NCBI RefSeq assembly: GCF_964194025.1
Contig: NC_134468.1
Location: 38,006,001 to 38,070,000, forward strand
Reading direction: 5' to 3'
DNA length: 64,000 bases
Origin: Convolutriloba macropyga
Taxonomy: Eukaryota
Below are positions 1 to 12,978 of the stretch, one piece after another. The stretch's first letter is position 1, and every line of letters starts with the position of its first letter. Under the pieces are notes generated by a model. That model worked only from the letters and a program-made list of their open reading frames with translations. It made no database searches and had not been told where the DNA came from. The position numbers and the translations under genes are program-made.

Positions 1-2081
1 CTCCCGACACCATTTTCAAATATCAGTTGTCTGAAAGAGAGCATTTGAAAACATTACGGCCAGCGTACAAAATGTATGCAATCGTCAAATATAGACCCCA
101 ACCGACTGTTATACGGATTGTTCTGCAACGACTGACGATGCGCTCTCGATTCCACTGCAACCTGCTACTACGCTCAGGGTGTGGATGTAGAATAGGGAAA
201 TAATTTTACTAAGGGACATAAGTGTTTATGTAGCGAAAGATTTCAAGTGCGGAAAAAGGAACCGATTTCGGCGCGATTTTCATTCGGGTAGCAAACTGCC
301 TCGAGTTGAGTAGAGTGCATAAATTTCTGAACACAGAGCATTAGATCACACAAAGACCACGACATAAAATTCGCTCGAAACGTCGACAGGTAGATCAAAA
401 TTTGCATAAAAACACTAGTAAATAATAAATGCTTCAAACTTTGTTCGAGAGCAATTAATAATTAGTATAGAAAAACTGATGAATAGCAAGCATCTGATTT
501 TTTTTAGTCATCGCAAGACCACACAAAAATAACAAAACAATGCGGCTCGGTAAGGTGCATCAGCATCAGGGCTACAACACTAACCAAACATTGGATGCTC
601 AGTCAACATTGCAATTTGTAAATCAAAAAGAAAGTGAAAAACCGAGGAATGATAAAAAAACTTCCTCTGCAAGCAAGAGTTGGCCCCAATACGATAACCG
701 ATATCAATTTAAGTCAACTTAAATACAAAACGGTGAAAAATTCTTCCGAGTACATAATGCCAGTGTGAAACTGAATTCAATATTTTATGCTACATGTAGG
801 TAGAGTTTTCTTTTTCTGATATCAATTTAAAAAAACCGCAGTAAAACTGGGAGACAAGAATTGGTAAAGATCTGCAAAAATAACATTGGAATTAGACGGA
901 ATTTTACGCATAACAGAAGTTGATACTTCTTTAGCAAACACAAAAATTTGCTACAATCCTCCATTGATTGAGCGGAAGGGAAACATCGCATTTTCAAAAA
1001 TGGAAGTTAATGTCAAATTTGAAAACGGAACGAACGAATTGCTATCGTTTGCTCGACAATTAAAGGAACGGTGAGATAAGCGGAACCATTAGATAAAAAT
1101 AAAAGATTGCAGGAATGCTTCATGTCAGTGAAAAACTTAACATCACTCAAAATCTGTGCCACTATCAGTCAAAAATTTAAAATAGGTTTGTTCAAAAACT
1201 CATTACTATTTGTTTCACAATAATAAGGATAAACAATAAAAACTATAGCCTTTAGGCTTAGATCACTTAGACAGAAACTGGGCGTATGAAGTTGGTGAAA
1301 AGCTGAATCTATCAGACAATGCGCAGACCAACCAAATAAGCACCTTTCTAATTCTGTCTCCATACCAAAGAGGTATTGTTCAACTCAATTTTCAAAGGTC
1401 GTTTATCATCGTTTAATAGATTGAGACAAATCACCGTTTAATAGATTGAGACAAATTGATAACCCGTCCATGTAATGGGTAAAGGGGATGACGGAGGCCT
1501 GTTAGTTATCACAATAGATAGTTACCAGAATTTTTTAGACCCATGATGTCTGAATATGCAGAAATTAATACCAGCGGCCCGAAATCTAATTTTTTTTTAA
1601 AAAATCGAAATCTATAAAAGACACAAGGTTAATGAACAATTTAGTTCAAACAAATTAAAAAACAAATAAAAAAATCAACAAATCAATCAAGTTTTTGGCA
1701 ATGATACTCTCAAAAAGGCACAAACCCTCAAATGATAAGAAACGGCACTTTTCCTAGAACAATACTGTCAAGGGCAAAAGAATTCTCAAATGCACAAAAG
1801 GCAAATATAGAATATCTAATCAAAAGCAAGAACATTTATCATTTTAAGCTTTTTAAATCTCCCTTTGTTTCTCCGGTTCTAAACTACCTTTAATTAGTGG
1901 AAAAATGGGTATACCTCACCCCTCTTTGCGCTATATTTTGATAACATCGACACTTTTCGAAGTCTAATAATTGACGCTTTCATTCAACCATTTTAAACAA
2001 ACGGGTCGATGTGAAAACAATTCCAAATTCATCATTATTCAGTAGATGTCCATTAAATTTCTTTAAAGCATTAAATTTTCA

Positions 2082-4170
2082 GTTTCAGCCTCACTTAGTG
2101 GGGGAGAAGCTTTGTGCTCAACGAGTGCGATGAGAAACATTATGCTCAAAAGCGTTGTTTTTTGTTCAGTCCAACTTTGGTCGATCTTGGCCGATATATT
2201 CATTGTATTGAGTTGTAAATGTGTCCTTACGACTTAAACAAACAAGATTTGTTGTCATTTCCTAAAATAATACTGAGTTGCTGAATCTATTCGTTTGAAA
2301 TTTTCGCAAAACTTCCCCTCAATATTTGATAAATTAACCATTCAGTTAACTGACACAAAATCAATTATTTTGGTTGCATACTTCTCAAGAGCACTGCCTT
2401 AAAATATTTTGGTCCAGATATATTAACATTTGAAACAATTACGGATTGCTTACAGCTTCACAGAAACAAAGAGGCTATAATTGCTCTTATTGTGGTTTGC
2501 TACAATCAAATTATTTAGATTTTATTTGGTGCTAGCTTTTTAGGATCTGTTCTCCTTTTTTGCTTTTTTGGTGCAAATGAACCTAGTCAAGATTGAACAG
2601 TGACTTCAATCACGCTGGAATAGTCAGTGGCCCAACCAATTAAAATCTTTGAGGCGTAAACGTTTTTCTAACTCACTTTGAAGTGAAGCGCTAAAGATAG
2701 TGTGAAAAAAATCCGTTATTAGAGATCTTTTCGTCATGCAGCAATTTATCTTTTGCTTTTCATGTTGTTTCCTTTGACTTGCTTGCGAATACCATCAAAG
2801 TTGTATTGTAATGGCACATAAATGATATTGTTCGAATCGGCCAAATGGCTGCAAACAGCCAAATAGCAGTTATTACATATAAAAAACGAGCTGTCTCGGA
2901 ACGTTTTATTGGGACCTTTGAGAAAATGTAGCGCATCCAGATTATGGCTGATCGTTTCTAGCGCCTTGATGTGTATCAACACTTTTTAGAAAACTCGAGT
3001 TCATATCTCCATTTTATTTTCAGTAATTTCAAATTGGAATTCTAATGAACCATAAACAATATTTTGAATGCTTTCTCAGAAATTGTTTTGCATGACATTA
3101 AAGCTGATTTATTAACTAAAAGTGAAGTTTTAATTTTGCCACTAATCGTTTTTTGTTCTCTCTCATAGTATCTTTATTTACAATTTGCCTCACCCAAAAC
3201 TAATTTTACTAGTTGTTTCAGTTTTTTCATTACTTTTAGGACTATAACTGCATTATCTTGTGATATCTGTCTCTTTTATTGTAGTTCAGTAACTCTTTTT
3301 GATGATAAGTCCCATCTCCGCTCAAGCAGAGCACAAGTAAATAACTTTAATAGGTTCAGATTTCATCGTTCAATTAACAATCAGGTTGTGATTGACTTAA
3401 ACAAATTTAACCAAACTAGTTTTCCAAGAAAAGGGAATTCATTTTTTAAAAGTTTTCTTTATATATTTTAGCGCATGCAATGCCATGCCGTGCTCGAAGT
3501 AGGTGTGAGTGTAAAAATTTTCACTAGTCAAATCAGTATTTCAACCATTCAGTAATGCAATTCAGAAGCTGTCCCGCCTGTTTTTGTTTTCCTTGATTAA
3601 TTGTCTTTCTCGATTCATGTCACGGCAATCTCAGCATGTGTTCTGCACCCACGTATTAAATCTGAGATGAGAATGAAAAGTATAATTGAATCAAATTAGA
3701 GCTCGGCCAATCTAGATACATAAGGCAATATTACCCCAAAAAAATTTTAAAGTTGGATTTGAATATGATAGATTTCATATTCAAATCCAATGTCAAAACT
3801 AAGGTTTTGGGGCTTTATGAATCTAGCTTGGCCGAGCTCTATTTTTATTTGAATTAAGTTTTTCATTCCAACATCAGATTTAAATTGTGGGTTCACACGT
3901 ACATTTTTTTTGTTTTTAGCTAAATTACGCGTTTAATTGATATAATTGTTATCTGCTGTGCTTAAGAAATTACATTAGCTGAATTTTTTCAGCCATTTGT
4001 TTCTCGATGCAATTTTGATTTTGTCCATTCGAGTGAGATGAAAATGACCTCACCAGAAACCATCAAGTATCATTGGGGATCCAGTAATCTGTTTTATATT
4101 GCAAGTTCTCTTTACTTCAATTGGTGGATAGTTAAGCCAGGAATGTGTATGAGCGCGTTCGGAACACTAT
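2082..4170 (+). mobile_element. Degenerate HINE family 1 copy (non-autonomous Helentron/DINE-1-like)
   Basis: 2082-2225 is a decayed match to the family 5' end (gttccgaccccacttgtgggggaggaac...ctcaaa...ttgttcagt...gccgatatattcat). 4110-4170 matches the 3' subterminal block (...atgagcgcgttcggaaca), but the terminal hairpin is missing. Confidence 0.55.
3636..3903. repeat. Long imperfect palindrome / foldback (MITE-like), about 270 bp
   Basis: Perfect 16-bp core stem ttggatttgaatatga (3753-3768) / tcatattcaaatccaa (3775-3790). Outer arms include agagctcggccaa / ttggccgagctct and aaatctga..gaatgaaaa / ttttcattc..tcagattt. Confidence 0.8.
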
Positions 4171-4192
4171 CTATTACTGCAGTTTGTATTAG

Positions 4193-7100
4193 CATTTCTG
4201 TTCCGACCCTTCTCTGAGGGGGGAGGAACTATATACTCAAATGTGTTTTTTTTGTTCAGTCAATTTTGGCCGATCGATATAATAATCGTAGAGAGTTGTG
4301 AGTGGTATCATTAGAAAGCTCGTCCAGTGTATAATATAGAACTAAAAAGATTTTTTCAATTTTTGCTTTTTTTAAGCAGTTATCGAGGTCTAAAGTTTTG
4401 TGAAAATTAGACGTAATTCAGCTGTTTTTTTCACAATTTTGACCAAATTTTCGTCAATTTTGACCAAATTTTCGTCAATTTTGACCAAATTTTCGTTAAT
4501 ATTTCTAAAATATTTAAAAATTATTAATTGTAGTGTAATTGATTTTATCTCTAAAGATAGAGGAGGGCTGCTGAATTGTTGGATCCGAGTTTTTGTGGCT
4601 AGAAATTATACTAAATTTTTGAAAATTCAGACTTTTTTCGTCGAAAAATTGGATTTTTTAGCCCTTAAGCTCTTAATTTGTTGGAAGTACACACCTTAAA
4701 AATGCGGCCATATTCTTCATAGTCTGAAAAAAGATCTAGTTGTACTCCTTCTGGTATTAAGAGCCTTATGGAGTTATAATTTTGCCAATTTTTTGCAAAT
4801 TTAAAAACGATAATTATACAAAATGCAATTTTTATATTTGACAAACTGAAAAACTTTGTGTAGAATTGATCTATTTTGCAACCGGTTCAACAATTGAGAC
4901 TTTGTTAGACGCTCAGCAATATCTGGGCTTATCTTGATCACACCATGAATCCTTATGATAAATACTTTTTAGATTTTATTGCGGCACGACCTTTTTTTCA
5001 AAAATTTTACGCTATGTAAATGTTTTTTAAATTATACGGACATAAATTTCTAATCAAGGCTCAGTTAATGACAGAAACTGTTTACAAAGACCGTGACCCA
5101 ATGAGATTATATTATGGTTTCAGAAACAAGCTCACGGCTTTTATGGCTCTGACCAATCGTTTTCGTAAAAATTGTTTGGACTTCTTGCGTTTTGTTTTTA
5201 TTTCTTATGATTTTTGTAGTTCAATGACTTGGCGTAGTTCAATGACTTAGCGTACCGAATCATAGATCCAGTTATTTTTGAGAAGATATAATAGAACCTA
5301 AACCTCTTTTTCAGTTGTTATCTAATGTCTGTTAAGACTTTGAATATATTTTTTTAAAGAAAATATCGGTGAATTATTGAACTTTGCCACTATTTTTTTT
5401 ATTTCTCTCAACTTCGGGAGCAGTCTCAGTAAAAACTGGCGGAAACAGACTTCCTGTGATGTATAAATTAATGTCAGTAACGATTTTACATTCAACTAAT
5501 GGTTTCTTTATTTTGGTACTACGCGTTTTCAATTTTCCTTTTGTTTTTTATCATAATTGCATGTTTTATGAGTTCATTGTGTTTTTTTGTAAAATGCCAC
5601 CTCTTTGACAATTCCAATCAAAGCAAAGCAGTGTAGCAAAAATTCACAACGTTGGAAAAAAGCGTATCTGGATACGTTAATTATTTTCGTTAAATTGCTT
5701 TTTGGGCTGAGACACAGTTATCTCGCAAAAGTTTTTGGGTTTTTGATTTTGCCTAAGTTTGTCTTTCTTTTCGTCGTTGTACGCCATATACCCGATAACG
5801 ATAGATATTAATTGCTTTCCCGAAACGTATAACTCAATTGAGTTACATGTTTCAGTTTATAGCTGTTTGTTTTAACGAACTTCAAATTAAAATTTAAAAA
5901 AATTGTTTCATCTGTCTCTTTTTTGCTTTCATTTTCGACGTCATGTAATCTAATCTCACTCATTGGGAGTCTCAATTACTTTTGTTGATTCCAACATTTT
6001 TTTCCGCGTTTGGCTGTGCGTTGTGACTGATTCCTTCGACCATATAGTTTCATAAAAACTAAGATTTTTTTACTGTTCATTTTTCGGGTTTCATTTCTGT
6101 TCCGACCCTTCTCTGAGGGGGGAGGAACTATATACTCAAATGTGTTTTTTTTGTTCAGTCAATTTTGGCCGATCGATATAATAATCGTAGAGAGTTGTGA
6201 GTGGTATCATTAGAAAGCTCGTCCAGTGTATAATATAGAACTAAAAAGATTTTTTCAATTTTTGCTTTTTTAAGCAGTTATCGAGGTCTAAAGTTTTGTG
6301 AAAATTAGACGTAATTCAGCTGTTTTTTTCACAATTTTGACCAAATTTTCGTCAATTTTGACCAAATTTTCGTCAATTTTGACTAAATTTTCGTTAATAT
6401 TTCTAAAATATTTAAAAATTATTAATTGTAGTGTAATTGATTTTATCTCTAAAGATAGAGGAGGGCTGCTGAATTGTTGGATCCGAGTTTTTGTGGCTAG
6501 AAATTATGCTAAATTTTTGAAAATTCAGACTTTTTTCGTCGAAAAATTGGACTTTTTAGCCCTTAAGCTCTTAATTTGTTGGAAGTACACACCATAAAAA
6601 TGCGGCCATATTCTTCATAGTCTGAAAAAAGATCTAGTTGTACTCCTTCTGGTATTAAGAGCCTTATGGAGTTATAATTTTGCCAATTTTTTGCAAATTT
6701 AAAAACGATAATTATACAAAATGCAATTTTTATATTTGACAAACTGAAAAACTTTGTGTAGAATTGATCTATTTTGCAACCGGTTCAACAATTGAGACTT
6801 TGTTAGACGCTCAGCAATATCTGGGCTTATCTTGATCACACCATGAATCCTTATGATAAATACTTTTTAGATTTTATTGCGGCACGACCTTTTCAAAAAT
6901 TTTACGCTATGTAAATGTTTTTTAAATTATACGGACATAAATTTCTAATCAAGGCTCAGTTAATGACAGAAACTGTTTACAAAGACCGTGACCCAATGAG
7001 ATTATATTATGGTTTCAGAAACAAGCTCACGGCTTTTATGGCTCTGACCAATCGTTTTCGTAAAAATTGTTTGGACTTCTTGCGTTTTGTTTTTATTTCT

Positions 7101-7986
7101 TATGATTTTTGTAGTTCAATGACTTGGCGTAGTTCAATGACTTAGCGTACCGAATCATAGATCCAGTTATTTTTGAGAAGATATAATAGAACCTAAACCT
7201 CTTTTTCAGTTGTTATCTAATGTCTGTTAAGACTTTGAATATATTTTTTTAAAGAAAATATCGGTGAATTATTGAACTTTGCCACTATTTTTTTTATTTC
7301 TCTCAACTTCGGGAGCAGTCTCAGTAAAAACTGGCGGAAACAGACTTCCTGTGATGTATAAATTAATGTCAGTAACGATTTTACATTCAACTAATGGTTT
7401 CTTTATTTTGGTACTACGCGTTTTCAATTTTCCTTTTGTTTTTTATCATAATTGCATGTTTTATGAGTTCATTTTGTTTCTTTGTAAAATGCCACCTCTT
7501 TGACAATTCCAATCAAAGCAAAGCAGAGTAGCAAAAATTCACAACGTTGGAAAAAGGTGTATCTGGATATGTTAATTATTTTCGTTAAATTGCTTTTCGG
7601 GCTGGACACAGTTATCTCGCAAAAGTTTTTGGGTTTTTGATTTTGCCTAAGTTTGTCTTTCTTTTCGTCGTTGTACGCCATATACCCGATAACGATAGAT
7701 ATTAATTGCTTCCCCGAAACGTATAACTCAATTGAGTTACATGTTTCAGTTTATAGCTGTTTGTTTTAACGAACTTCAAATTAAAATTTAAAAAAATTGT
7801 TTCATCTGTCTCTTTTTTGCTTTCATTTTCGACGTGATGTAACTTAATCTCACTCATTGGGAGTCTCAATTACTTTTGTTGATTCCAACATTTTTTTCCG
7901 CGTTTGGCTGTGCGTTGTGACTGATTCCTTCGACCATATAGTTTCATAAAAACTAAGATTTTTTTACTGTTCATTTTTCGGGTTTC
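4193..7986 (+). repeat. Near-identical tandem duplication (units 4193-6091 and 6092-7986; period 1899 bp)
   Basis: Units align throughout with few differences (ORF-track pairs 4400/6298, 5020/6915, 5384/7279). Each contains a 21-bp x3 minisatellite caattttgaccaaattttcgt. Confidence 0.97.
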
Positions 7987-9205
7987 TTTTTGTTGGCATG
8001 TCTAAGTAGTCCTTTTATCAGGTAGACTCTTAATATCAACTGTTAAGATGAAGGCAAAAACATGATTTACATTTCTTGCAGGTAACATCTTATGATTATA
8101 GTTCCTTAAACAGTGTCATGTTGTAAAATTGTTTGAAGTTTTGGCTTCTTTTTGATTGATTTTTTTGAGGGCTCGTGACTTAGTCTTCTTTTCAACCGGT
8201 CCAATTGGCTTCCCGAGGTTTCGAAATTTAAACCGCCGCTGTTTGTTGTAATCCTAAGGCTTTTGTGACGTTAAAAAAATATCTGTTTTCTAAAATACTT
8301 TTGGGTTTTTGAGCTTTGTATTTTTTAAATAGCTTTCGATCGATTTGTAGCTCAGTCTCTGTAAACACATGTCACACCCATTTCCAGTAAACTATAATCT
8401 ATAACATTTGTTACTATTGTTACTACGAGATTTCATAAAATGTTATTTTTATTTATTTGTTCATTTCATAGGAATGTTGGTTTCTTTTTAAAACTATAAC
8501 AAAAACCGTTGGTCCCATTGGCTTTGAATTTTTGCGCAATCGAACATTGCATAATGACATGTCTCAATTGCTTCCTATGTAGATGTGAATAAACATTTGG
8601 GTGCTTTCAGATGATATCTAACGACAATAATAACTGCAAAATTTATTAATTTCAAAAGTGGAAAACTATTTTGGAACTTGGCACCTAGTTGCACTTTTTT
8701 GTCTACCTGTTACCAGTCGCATTGGAGACAGGTCCCATATATTTTCTAATGAAGTGCCGATGAAATTCTTTTTGTTTTCATCTGATGCGAGTTTCACGTT
8801 GTTTATTTTATTATAGATTTTATTAAGTTTTGTTAATTAATGTTTGCTTTTTGATTTTTATAATTGTCCTTTCAAGTAGTCCTATTATCAAAAACTTTAA
8901 TCGGCCCTCTAGATTTGGTTAGTATAGATTTGGTTATGTTTTATTGTAGATTTTATTAGAGTTTTGGTCGTAAATAATGTTTGTTGATTGGTTTTTATTT
9001 TTGTCCTTTCTAGTAGTCCTATTATCAACAACTTTTACCGGCCCTATAGCGTGGCATTGTCGTGTTCATTGGTTGTTTATTGAACGATGTGTATGTTTTG
9101 AAAGGTTTCCATCTCTTCATCATTTGGTAGCCAATTAATTCAAGAATATGGATGATCGGGGTTGGAACATTATGTGCGTACGCACATTAACGAGCCTCCT
9201 TGTTT
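4198..9205 (+). mobile_element. HINE family 1 copy A, with its 5' 1.9 kb duplicated
   Basis: 5' subTIR TGTTCCGACCC followed by a local inverted repeat (GGAAC) and TATA. 3' subTIR GGGTTGGAACA, then hairpin atgtgcg-ta-cgcacat (9172-9187), then ...CCTTGTTT. This is DINE-1/Helentron terminal architecture; no TSD. Confidence 0.75.
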
Positions 9206-9425
9206 AGTCTTACTACTCGGTGCTCTATAGATCTATAACTACGGTACCATTTCAACTTCAGTGAGTTTTTTTATAACAAAACACGATCTAATCAAATGGG
9301 TAAAATGTGTATTTTCAAAACTGCCCTTATCTTTTCCCAAAAACTATTCATTTTCCCAACCACCAAGACCATTGTCAAAAACAAATATTATTTCAACAAA
9401 ATTGATTTACGAGATTTAAGTTTAA

Positions 9426-12400
9426 TTGTTCCGACCCCACTTGTGGGGGGAAGAACTATATACTCAAATGTGTTTTTTTTGTTCAGACAATTTTGGCCGC
9501 TCGATATATTCATCGTAGAGAAATGTGAGTGGTATCACTAAAAAGCTCATCAAACGTAGAATTCGAAATAAAAGATTTTTTGAATTTGACTTTTTTCGAG
9601 GAGTTATCGAGGTTTAAAGTTTCAAGTGAACACGGGACATTTGGTTCACTTTAACCGTAATATTTGTTCGAATTAACATTTTTTATATGAAAATTTTAAT
9701 TCATGATTACATTTCACGCCACAACAAAACTAATTTTGTTTTACTTATAGACGAAAAGCGATAAAAAGACTAGTTCTGGTCTCATAGGGAAGTTTACTAT
9801 AAAAAAAATTGAATTCTATTCGAGAGCTTTTTTAGAAAATTTTGCATTTTTTCTTTTCTCAAGTTACCTAGAGACTAGTTACTTTTCATATCGAGATTCC
9901 GCTACTAACAAACCTCCTTTACAATCACATGAAGCCCAATGAACGAAAAATTCGTTCCCAAGGAATCGCTCATGTTTTTTGGATTCGTATCTCGTAATTT
10001 TAAATGAAATTTTGATTTACTTTTTCAGGTTTTACTAAACTTTTGGAATCCCATGACATAAACTCGTTGACTAAAAAAGCAATAGGTTTCGTAATGAGCA
10101 TTAAGTGAACCTATCTAATCCTTTGAGTGGACAGCTAATGGCTGTTAACACTTTGAAAATAAATTTTTGAAACTTTTTTTATATTAACCAATCCTAAACT
10201 TATTTTTGTGGACTGTAAGTCAATCTCAGTAATGCAGGACCCCCCTCCTTCCTACTGCAACCGAAACTAATCTCGTTAGCGGTTGTATCTTCAAACTATT
10301 GGTTATATGACTTCAAATTCAAAAGATTTAAATTTTTTTGGGCATTTCGTATTATTGGTTCCTTTTGAAACCTTATAACGTAATTCTAATGTTGATGTCT
10401 TATTGATTATCTATGCAGGGTAAACATGCTTGGCCTCACATCGAGGCATAACAGCGTATTTATTGAATTCCGATGAAAATTAATGGCTGTTAAGACTTTG
10501 AGACTTTTTGAACATAAATCAATCTCAAGATTATTTTCGTGAGCTGTAAGTCAGTCTCAGTAATGACAGAACCACTTTCAATACTATTCCAACTAAAAAT
10601 TATCTAGTTGGCAGTTTTTTCTTCTAACTATTGATAATATGACTTCAATGCCACAAGACTTCAAAATGTATTTTTAATTTTTGGACATTTCGTATTATTG
10701 ATTCCTTTTGAAATCTTATCCTGTTATCCCAATAATAGTGGTTCCCATTAAATTAGAGACGATGTTCAATGAATCATAGCTAAAGTTTTCAGAGAAAAAC
10801 TAATGGTTTAAATAGCTTCGACTCTTCTCGCACTTTTCTACGAATTTTTGGTTTTTGCCTGTATTTGTTGTTTTTCCACAGTAATAGAACATATTGTGAT
10901 GTCTTTTTGATTACCTATGCATGAAAAACAGCCTTGTACTCAAATCGTGGCATAACTGAGCGTATTTATGGACTTCTGTTGAAAGCTTTTAAATTTAGTG
11001 TCTGTTAAGTCACTATTTTTTTTTGAAAATTTTTTACATTAATCAATCTCAAACTTATTTTCGTGAACTGTAAGTCAGTCTCAGCAATGAAAGAACCCCT
11101 TTCCTTTTTACTTCAACAAAAATTTATCTAGTTAGCGGTTTTATCTTGTAAATATTGGTGTTTTGACTTCGAAGTTTTCTTAATTTTTTCTTAATTTTTT
11201 TTTAATTTGGATTTTTTTTTGTAAATTTGGTTCCTTTTGAAAAGAAAACATATTACATTTTTCATATATTGATAGTTCGCATTGGCTTAGAGAACACGTC
11301 CAAAAAGCTTTCGGAGAAAAGCTTTTGGTTTAGATGGCTTTGAAAATTTCTTCTCGCACTTTTCTACTGAATTTTCGGATTTTGCCTGTTTGTTTTTGTT
11401 TTCATGGTCCATGATATGTTGTAATGTCCTAATGATAACTTTTGAATAACAAACATCCTTGTCGGCACAACGAGGCAAATTTAAGCGTTTTTAATGATTT
11501 CCGTTGAAAGCTATTGAATTTTATGAAGTTGATACTACGGGTTTTCTCAAAAATTTCGTGGTTTTAATGTTATTTTCATTGCCATACGACATATTGTGAT
11601 GAGTTAATGATGGCCTATGAATGAATGATAATATTGTTTTCTCGTCGAGGCAAAACTTTGCGTGTTTATTTAATTCTGTTGAATGCTATTGATTGAAAAT
11701 AGTTTTTACTGAAAACTTCATTCTCTAATGGCTTCGACACTTTTATCGCTTAATTTTTTGAATTTGCTGTTTTTGCATTTTTATTCTTTAGATAGCCGCA
11801 AAATGCTGACCAGTCTAGTAAACATGTAATTAACGATTATATGAATGATGTTACCCGAAGCAGTCAGTTTATAGCGAATAGTCTTAAAGTCTATAATTTT
11901 ATAGATTTAAGATTTTTCAAACTTCTGTTTTTTTCTTTTCGTCAACCTGTAACTTATTCTTGTCATTGAGAGGTCCCATCCAATTCCTTGAATTTCAAAA
12001 ATTAACATGTCTACTGATATTATGTCGTAACTGATGTTTTGTATGGTTGACAAGTTGCGTTTGAATAAAAATTTTTGTGAGTGGTGTCTTTGTGTTTCTT
12101 TTTCACTTCTTTTAGCACAATCAGGTATTAACAGATCCCAATGATTTTCAAATGTGGCCCAAATGAAATTATTTCTCTCAGTACTTGTTTTTTGAACTTA
12201 TTATTCTTGCAGTATAATTTTAATTGAATCAGTATAAAAAACTTAGTCTAACCAAAAACAGATCCCATTGGATTCATAATGACTTCAGTCACTTTATCAA
12301 TAATTATTTCGTTATAAGCTAAAGATTTGTAGACTTTTGAAATTTTTTGGTTTAAAAAATGTTGATAGATTTGATTTTAACCTGATTTTTTGTTTTCTTT

Positions 12401-12778
12401 GTCGACTTACAGTTAGGAACTGTACAGTTAGGAAAAACTGGAAACCTAAATTTTTATAGTCAAGGTTATATCTGATTGCATTTTTACGTTGTTACTAGGT
12501 GTTTCAAAATTAGATATTTGGTTTCTGCCTTAAAATTTATGTATATGACTATTTAGTTTTTTTTTCTCGTAGTCTTCTTAATTGCAGATCTCGTGAGCGC
12601 TGTAATGAGTAATGGCGATATGTAATTCAATTACTAGTTGTGTGTTGTAACCATTTTTTAAAACTCAAACATCTATTTTTGTTCTATCTTCATTTGTTTG
12701 ACAATTAAGTCAAAAATGTAGATGAGCTCGGATCGGAACATCATATGCGAACGCAGATTAACGAGCCTCCTTGTTTTT
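9426..12778 (+). mobile_element. HINE family 1 copy B
   Basis: 5' ttgttccgaccccacttgtgggggg-aagaactata; 3' ggatcggaaca + hairpin tgcgaacgca + acgagcctccttgttttt. Internal subrepeats near 10140, 10480 and 11000; collinear with copy D. Confidence 0.75.
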
Positions 12779-12978
12779 ATCACTTCTCAATCCTAATTAA
12801 CTTTTATCATTTACGACAAAGCGCTTGTTGGAAGAGAAAATTAATTCCGAATAAAAATGTTTAGCGTTAACACATACTACTTCGATGATTTAGCAGCGAG
12901 CATATTGCACCTAACCAAAAATTTTCAACGTTTGGTTGGAAGTGAGTGGTAGTTGATGCCCTTGGCTGATCATTGATA

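Noticed and set aside
3-203. Open + frame at the window start (PDTIFKYQLS...GCGCRIGK)
   Set aside because: No recognisable motif and truncated by the window edge; cannot support as an exon.
4434-4497. 21-bp x3 repeat as a CRISPR-like array
   Set aside because: No spacers; a simple minisatellite in eukaryotic DNA.
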